A stretch of DNA of 64,000 bases, from assembly GCA_010093705.1 (NCBI GenBank), contig MU006116.1, positions 99,424 through 163,423 on the forward strand. Direction: 5' to 3'. This document shows positions 57,761 through 64,000 of this stretch, piece after piece (positions within the stretch are counted from its first letter, which is position 1; every line of letters begins with the position of its first letter). The stretch comes from Patellaria atrata CBS 101060 (lineage: Eukaryota). Made by a program: the position numbers and the translations under genes. The notes beneath the pieces are model-generated. The model made no database searches. It saw nothing but the letters and a program-made list of their open reading frames with translations, and had not been told where the DNA came from.

Positions 57761-58894
57761 ATGTCATCCCCCAACAACTTACCTCCAACAATGCGTGCCC
57801 TAGTGTTAGATACTGTAGGCGAGCCTCTTCAACTCCGCAATGTCCCAACCCCTCAACCCACCCCAGGGACTGTGGTCATCAAAGTCCTTGCAACTGGAGC
57901 TGACGCCAGCCTCCGTACTATCCTCTCTGGAAAACACATGTTCACCTTCCCAACGCCAATGATCCCTGGCTCTCGAAGCGTTGGACGGGTCGCTGCAAGT
58001 GGGCCGGACACCACGAGTCTCAAGGTCGGCCAGCTCGTCATGACCGAACCTTTCGTTCGTGGTCGCGATAATACGGATGTTGAGATCCTATGGGGCGTGT
58101 GGGAAGGGCCCTCACCAGAGACCAAGAAATTCTACAAGGACAATTGGTCTCAAGGTACCTATGCGGAGTATTGTCGTGCGCCCCTGGAGAACACCTGGGC
58201 ATTGAATGAAGAGGTGTTGTGTAAGGATCTGGGTGTTACTATCCCTGAGATGACATATTTTGCATCCCAACTGGTTCCATACGCAGGACTTCGAACCATC
58301 GGTCTCACGGCTGGAGAAACGCTTATTGTTGCTCCCGCGACTGGTAACTTTAGTGGTGGAGCTATCGGCCCAGCTCTTGCGATGGGTGCCAATGTCATCG
58401 CAACCGGACGAGATATCAACAAGCTATTGAAGATGAAAAAGGTGTTCCCTCGTATCAATGTAATCGAATTAACTGGTGACGTGCAGAAAGATACTGCTGC
58501 CATCATTTCAGTCTACGGAAAACCAGCGGATGCATATATCGACGTTTCCCCACCAGCGTCCAACGGCTCAACCCATGTACGCGCCTGTTTCAAGGCAGTC
58601 AAGCAATACGGACGCGTCAGTTTGATGGGTGTCATCTCGGACGATATCGCGATCCCGTACGCTGATGCTGTACTCCGAAATCTGACCATTAGGGGACAGT
58701 ACATGTATACGCAAGCAGATGTCAAGGCCTACATTAAACTGGTAGAGTCGGGGGCTTTGAAGGTGGGAAAAGAAGCTGGAGTTGAAGTTGTAGGAACTTT
58801 TGGCTTGGAAGAAATCAATAGAGCGTTCGAAATTTCTGATGAAAACAGAGACCATGGAAAAATGACTGCGCTCTTGCCGTCGGGACCGTTGTAG
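57761..58894 (+). CDS. MDR-superfamily (GroES-like + Rossmann) alcohol dehydrogenase/reductase lacking the canonical catalytic Zn ligands
   Basis: Motifs PTMRALV..PTPQP.PG.VVIKV, PGSRSVGRV (in place of GHE), PATGNFSGGA and NLTIRGQYMY. ATG at 57761. Confidence 0.88.
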   Translation: MSSPNNLPPTMRALVLDTVGEPLQLRNVPTPQPTPGTVVIKVLATGADASLRTILSGKHMFTFPTPMIPGSRSVGRVAASGPDTTSLKVGQLVMTEPFVRGRDNTDVEILWGVWEGPSPETKKFYKDNWSQGTYAEYCRAPLENTWALNEEVLCKDLGVTIPEMTYFASQLVPYAGLRTIGLTAGETLIVAPATGNFSGGAIGPALAMGANVIATGRDINKLLKMKKVFPRINVIELTGDVQKDTAAIISVYGKPADAYIDVSPPASNGSTHVRACFKAVKQYGRVSLMGVISDDIAIPYADAVLRNLTIRGQYMYTQADVKAYIKLVESGALKVGKEAGVEVVGTFGLEEINRAFEISDENRDHGKMTALLPSGPL

Positions 58895-59270
58895 TGGATT
58901 ATGAGCTGAACGTAATGTACCTCTAAGATTAGTCGTTCGTTTTAATGTAGAAATCTTCTTCATCTCATGTAATACAGTGCACCTTGGACTGTAACTGTGG
59001 ATTGAACGTTTCTACAGTGGTAAATGGACTCACCATCTTCATGCTCATTTCACCAATTAGTGTTTAATAGCTGCGTTTCAAAGGCTATCCAAATTCAGTT
59101 GATAGCCACATATGGGTTTGCTTCCTGACAGAGGGTATCTCAATCTTTGTATGTCGAAGTCTGATGTACCAAATATATATATACGAAAGAATGCATTTGA
59201 AATGAAAATTAAATCAATCACATAAGATGGTGATACCTTACAATAAAGCGGCCCCGTCGAGGGAGGGACT

Positions 59271-60981
59271 TTACTTGAATAGCTCAATTGCGTCTAGAAC
59301 CTTAACGTTTAAATTAGCATCAATCGGCAAGAACAGGAACAAAAGTCAACTTACAAAGTTCGGACTCAAAAATCTATCACCTGAACTTCCTGACAATGCA
59401 TTAATAGTAATCGTATTTTGTCCATTTACCAGGGTCCCTGATGGAATTGAAAAGTCATATGTCTCCCCAAAGCCTCGATACGCTCCTCTGGTGACACCGC
59501 GCGAATCGATCTTTGTAGGCGCGCCTGGATTAGAGGGATTATAAGAGTTGATCGTTACCGACGGTCGCGCTCCAGCAAAGGAAAGAGTCGTCCCGACGCG
59601 CAGAGTAGCCGCACCAGTTTGGGACGCCGTCAATGAAAATTTGATCGTAAAGGGACTGTTGACATTCTTGAAAAGTGCCATAGGAACATCGTTAAGAGAG
59701 CCGGAGCCAACCGTGTATGTTAGGGGACCCCAACTTGACATGTGGCTGTCACTAGGATGCATACGGAGCTGTTTATCTGCATTACGAAAACTTTTTGGCT
59801 GACCGTCCCATTCACCAATCTGCAAAATGGTATTTCGAGATTCGTTCGAAGCTGAAATGTCTGAAGTAACCGTTGTGCCTGCGGAAACCGAAACAGATTT
59901 TGAAGCTATCTTGTATTCTCCTTGGTACAATACTTGTGTGTATTGGCCTGGCTTCATGAATGGAGATGTAAAAGAGTTACCCGAAGTGTATGCCCAATAT
60001 TGGGCATTGGAGTTGTACCAGTGTACAACCCCTTGAAGGCCGCTTCCAACACCGGATGCTGTCCCCTTCACGGTACCGCGGGCGGAGTTCGCGACATATC
60101 CGGAGATTCCCAAGCTGCTAAAGAATGAAGTATCTAGAGTTTTCCCATTCGGCCTTCCAGAGCGCGAGAATGACATGGCGTACGGACCATGCAGACCCAT
60201 ACGGTACGACTCCGTCTGTACGTGACCGGAATTCATATAGAAATACAGTGCCGTCATATCACCACCGTTGTTGGTGTTGATATCTCGGAAGAAGGGACCT
60301 CCAGAAGAACTCTCGTAGGATTGTGGGGGGATCAGCATGCAGACATTGATAGCATCGTTATCCCGGTAAACACAGTGGGTATTGTCGTCAATGAAACGTT
60401 CACTAGAATAGAACTTGCTGCGTGTTTGTCCATTGACGACAAATACATCAGACCCTTCCACGGTGGATGAAGAGTCTCTGGTGGTAGAGACCGCTCCGAA
60501 GGGATACTCTAATGGAAGTTTGGAAGATTGAAGGCGGGCGATATACCGAAGCTCTCCAACGCTTGGTTCGGTGGTGATGTATGTTGCCATATAAACCGTT
60601 GCTTCTCCCGACCTGACGACATAGTAATGTGTCAAAGTCGACGTTGTGCACGTAATTTTGGCTATGTTCACTGTGGATGGTTTTATTATTATCAAACCTC
60701 AAAGATCATTATTAAAAGGACGTACAGCTGACGATACTAGAGGAGACACTGGCAGAGCCAAGTCCGGATCCAATGTGAGATCCTTGGTTGGAATATTGGA
60801 ATTCCTCGCCCCTGTACTTGATAGAAGTGATATCACAGTTTGATTTACTTACTGTTATCACGAGGGGATTCTCGGACCCGGCATCGACCACAAATGAGGA
60901 GGATGTTGAAGTGACACCGAATGCAGCTAGGACAGTTGAAGAGAATGCGAATGCACATAGTAAAGAGCTTTTGAGCAACAT
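59271..60981 (-). CDS. rglA: Rhamnogalacturonan lyase A (PL4)
   Basis: Signal peptide then AFGVT; motifs [38 protein letters not shown] and DSRGVTRG. Three exons; ends VLDAIELFK* at 59271. Confidence 0.93.
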
Positions 60982-63141
60982 CTTGGGCAATCACCATTGA
61001 CTCTCAGCGATATACGATTGAAGAGAAGAAGAGGAAGCCACTCCTTATAACGAACACATTTTCGCTATGGATGTTTAAAAACAACTAGTCTTCAGCAATA
61101 CCTTTCCTTTCCTGAACTTAGGCAAGCTCCAGGCACGACGGAGCCAGTGTAACACGTTTCACGTAGCAAAATCATTCCAAAGTAGCTGCACATGGATAAG
61201 AGCCAGCTTATGACAATCAGGATCGATTTCAACAAGGATTTTTATTATCATTGCGAAGGAAAGCCAGGAATTCAACGGTGGAAGTTATGTCTTCTATCAT
61301 TATTACAAGGGAAACATAGATATTCATCGGTGGTGGTTGAGATTTTGGGAGGCGTATTCGCCATAGTGGAGGAATAATAGTCGGGGATAGCGGATATGAA
61401 ACAGCTAGATTGCATTGCTCACTTGGTGTGGGGAACCTTGGCTGTCCTTTGACTTTCCCATGTCCTTAAGGTAATCTGAACAATTCTAATCCGGTCTAAT
61501 CTGTTGAAATACTTAGTATTGTTGTACTTCGTTATTGACGACGGTTAACTCGGGACAAGAATGACATGAGACGATTGGATTGGATTGAGTTACGGAGTAT
61601 TCTCAAGCCCAACTTGCTCGCACAGCGGTTTTCTCCATCTGTCCAAACTCTAAAGGCAGCTTGTAGTGTATGTGTTCATCGCTCGAGTTGCACTTTCAGT
61701 TGTGGTTCATGGTATGAACCAGTACGAGTCTAGCCTTATAATAAGGATCTGAAAAGTTGATTTCATTGCGCCATGCCGGAAGCGGTAATAGTAATCCCAT
61801 GTCAGAAGCATGTCGTTCAAGATTGTGTGCTAAGCGTAGTTGCACCGTTTTCAACCTAGAAGTTCTTCCGAATTGGATCGATAGAGTCAGTAGAACTATG
61901 ACAACACTTGAGGAGGGCTTGAGATGCGCCGTGCGGATACCTTACGCAGAGTCAGAGCGCTTTACCGAGGGCGTCCAATCATCGAGTTTACAAAGACATT
62001 AAAAGCGATATCTAATCTCTTCGGAAGCGTTTGTCTTCAAAATAATACTGTCTTGGTGCGTTTGCATGTATACCTCGGATGCTGGAGATGACTCGTTGGT
62101 GGACGGGTCGTCAACAAAATCCAACCAGGCTGCGACGGTATCACGGCTGGTGGACAAATCATGTTTAGATCCTCGAGATCAGTTGTTTCTCTCTCCATAT
62201 ACGAAGTGTCGAAAGTCATCTTAAACGCTAGTGTAGTACTTTGTACAATACGTGTATTTCTCTGTGCGAGGATAAAGAACACCAACGTCTGCGCGCGATA
62301 TGGCTGAGATCCACCAAAACTCGACATCCAATTTTGAATGATAGATAGCCGTTGACATATCTTCCCTAAAGTATGTCACACACCACATTGTAATTCTTGA
62401 GTTCGTCCCACTCCTGGGTGGTACTATATTTGTCCTGATGCTCTTACCCTCCCTCTTTATTTTCTGCATTTCAATTGTAATATTGACCGGTACGTTGGTG
62501 ATCCGCAGAGGAGGTGGATGTATTCTCGATACCGTAGGGCGTGGACTTTTGAAATCGATCAAGGTTGATAGAGAAAGACTTTATTGTAACTCAGAAAAAA
62601 AAAGAAGACAGGTTGAAGGCAAGCGTAGCCGAGAGTTTTCCCGCCAAATCGCCGATCATTGCCCTCGTTTCCTTGGCCTTTTTGCAGCCAAAAGTCCAAA
62701 ACTGGTTCTGCCCTGTATCTCATGGCGTTGCTTTTATCCTATTTGGGGCAATTTTATACAATTTCTGCCCTCGGTTCTGCAAGCGTGACGGAATTTTGGG
62801 GAAGGGTATAAGAATTCTCACGGAGGAGTAGTTACTTGGAACAAAAAAGGAATTTCCCATATTCTAACGACTTTTTCACAGTTCTGCCTAACCCGAAGTC
62901 CCAAACTCAACCCCCCCCCCCAAACCCCCTCCCCCTTACCTTAGTTCCAGCAGCAAGGGCACCAAACTTTCCCTCACCGGGTGCCCACCGTCCAGTGCTC
63001 TCCCGTCCCCGCCGCTCCCCGTCTGCGACTCTCGTACGACTTCTTGTTCCCAAGTTCCCAACCCTTCGGTCTGACCTGTAAACAGTGTCATACCGTATTT
63101 CTTGTCAATCTTTTCTCCATCCTCGTAAGCTGTCGGCACCA

Positions 63142-64000
63142 ATGACAAAAGAAGCCGATGTGGATGTGGCAGTGGCAGTCGACTGGGGTCTACTCTTGAG
63201 CCACACACCCGTACCTACCCTAGTGCTCGACGAGTCTTTTTGCATACTAAGCGCCTCTAAAAGCTATATCGCCCTGTCCAAGGCGACAAGCAATATCTTG
63301 ATAGGTACTAACATCCACGACTCCTCGTTAGACACGCAACAAGACCAAGGACCAAACAATCTTCTATTACCGACCGTCGACGCGGTCCGAACAGCTGTCA
63401 AAGAGGCCATCAGGGCTAAAACAGTCTATGTCCACCCCGATATCGAATCTCAGGACGAGCACGTCTACAGTATCCGCGCGATACCAATCTACAATGACGA
63501 CGATAGACTTTGCTACGTCAAAGTCGAGGTGGAGAACACGACTAAAGAATTCCAGAGAAAACAAGAACTAAATCAGCGTTTGTCTACGAGCGAGACTTTC
63601 CGCATCTTGGTCGAAACGGTCAAGGACTATGCCATCTTCATGCTCGACACCAAAGGGAATGTTTCAACATGGAATACTGGTGCCGAATTGCTGAAGGGTT
63701 TTGCTCCAAGTGACATCATCGGTCGTCACTTCTCGAACTTTTACGGTGATGAGGATCGCAAGGCTAGAAAACCATGGATAGAACTGGAGGTCGCTCTGCA
63801 AGATGGTCGCGTCGAGGATGAGGGATGGCGCTATAGAAAGGACGGGACCCGTTTTTGGGCCAACGTTATCTTGACTCCAGTGTATAGAAATGGCACACTT
63901 ATTGGCTTTAGTAAAGTCACCCGCGACCTGACAGAAAGAAAGGCGGCAGAAGCCCGTCTCGCTGCGGCCTACGAAGAGTCATCGAAATTAAAGTCTGAAT
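63142..64000 (+). CDS. tcsA: PAS-PAC hybrid histidine kinase, TcsA/Fos-1 (group IV)-like; 5' part only, truncated by the window end
   Basis: Open frame from ATG 63142 to the edge, absent from the ORF track because no stop is reached. ETFRILVETVKDYAIFMLD..WNTGAE..HFSNFY..EDEGWRYRKDGTRFWANV..KVTRDLTERKAAE..SKLKSE ends just before the expected H-box. Confidence 0.88.
   Translation, partial: MTKEADVDVAVAVDWGLLLSHTPVPTLVLDESFCILSASKSYIALSKATSNILIGTNIHDSSLDTQQDQGPNNLLLPTVDAVRTAVKEAIRAKTVYVHPDIESQDEHVYSIRAIPIYNDDDRLCYVKVEVENTTKEFQRKQELNQRLSTSETFRILVETVKDYAIFMLDTKGNVSTWNTGAELLKGFAPSDIIGRHFSNFYGDEDRKARKPWIELEVALQDGRVEDEGWRYRKDGTRFWANVILTPVYRNGTLIGFSKVTRDLTERKAAEARLAAAYEESSKLKSE

Noticed and set aside
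573..60843. Numerous antisense or alternate-frame ORFs overlapping the called genes
   Set aside because: Shadow ORFs of real coding sequence with no independent evidence.
61750..62830. Short ORFs between rglA and the histidine kinase
   Set aside because: Overlapping short frames on both strands with no family signal; treated as intergenic.

Overview
Gene-dense eukaryotic DNA with short GT-AG introns and CTRAY branch sites, consistent with a filamentous ascomycete (Pezizomycotina; taxon inferred from gene content). Housekeeping genes: PRM1, ATP5, LSM1, a bromodomain protein, GEP3, mitochondrial aspartate aminotransferase, YPD1, GET2, MRP49 and an AKAP7-type 2H phosphoesterase. Carbohydrate-active enzymes: an AA11 LPMO, a GT8, an AA3 GMC oxidoreductase and a PL4 rhamnogalacturonan lyase. 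Also present are a three-gene FAD monooxygenase / Upc2-like Zn2Cys6 TF / MDR dehydrogenase cluster and the 5' part of a PAS-domain hybrid histidine kinase running off the right edge. No tRNA, rRNA, CRISPR array or intact transposon was recognised. Most notable observations: (1) A head-to-head pair of unannotated paralogues (7954-8980 minus, 11074-13307 plus) share an N-terminal C-H-H-C plus C2H2 putative double-zinc module, a phase-2 intron just after it, and a C-terminal helical motif. Their 2.1-kb shared intergenic region holds a 3-copy ~120-bp repeat and HMG-box-like dyads. (2) A 4-copy bipartite CGCTAACC-N5-TCGTAT array lies in the divergent promoter between the Upc2-like TF and the dehydrogenase. 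(3) Five pseudogenes have lesions that are mostly CpA->TpA-type, i.e. RIP-like. (4) Two 3-nt microexons. All family calls come from motif recognition by eye; no database search was run.
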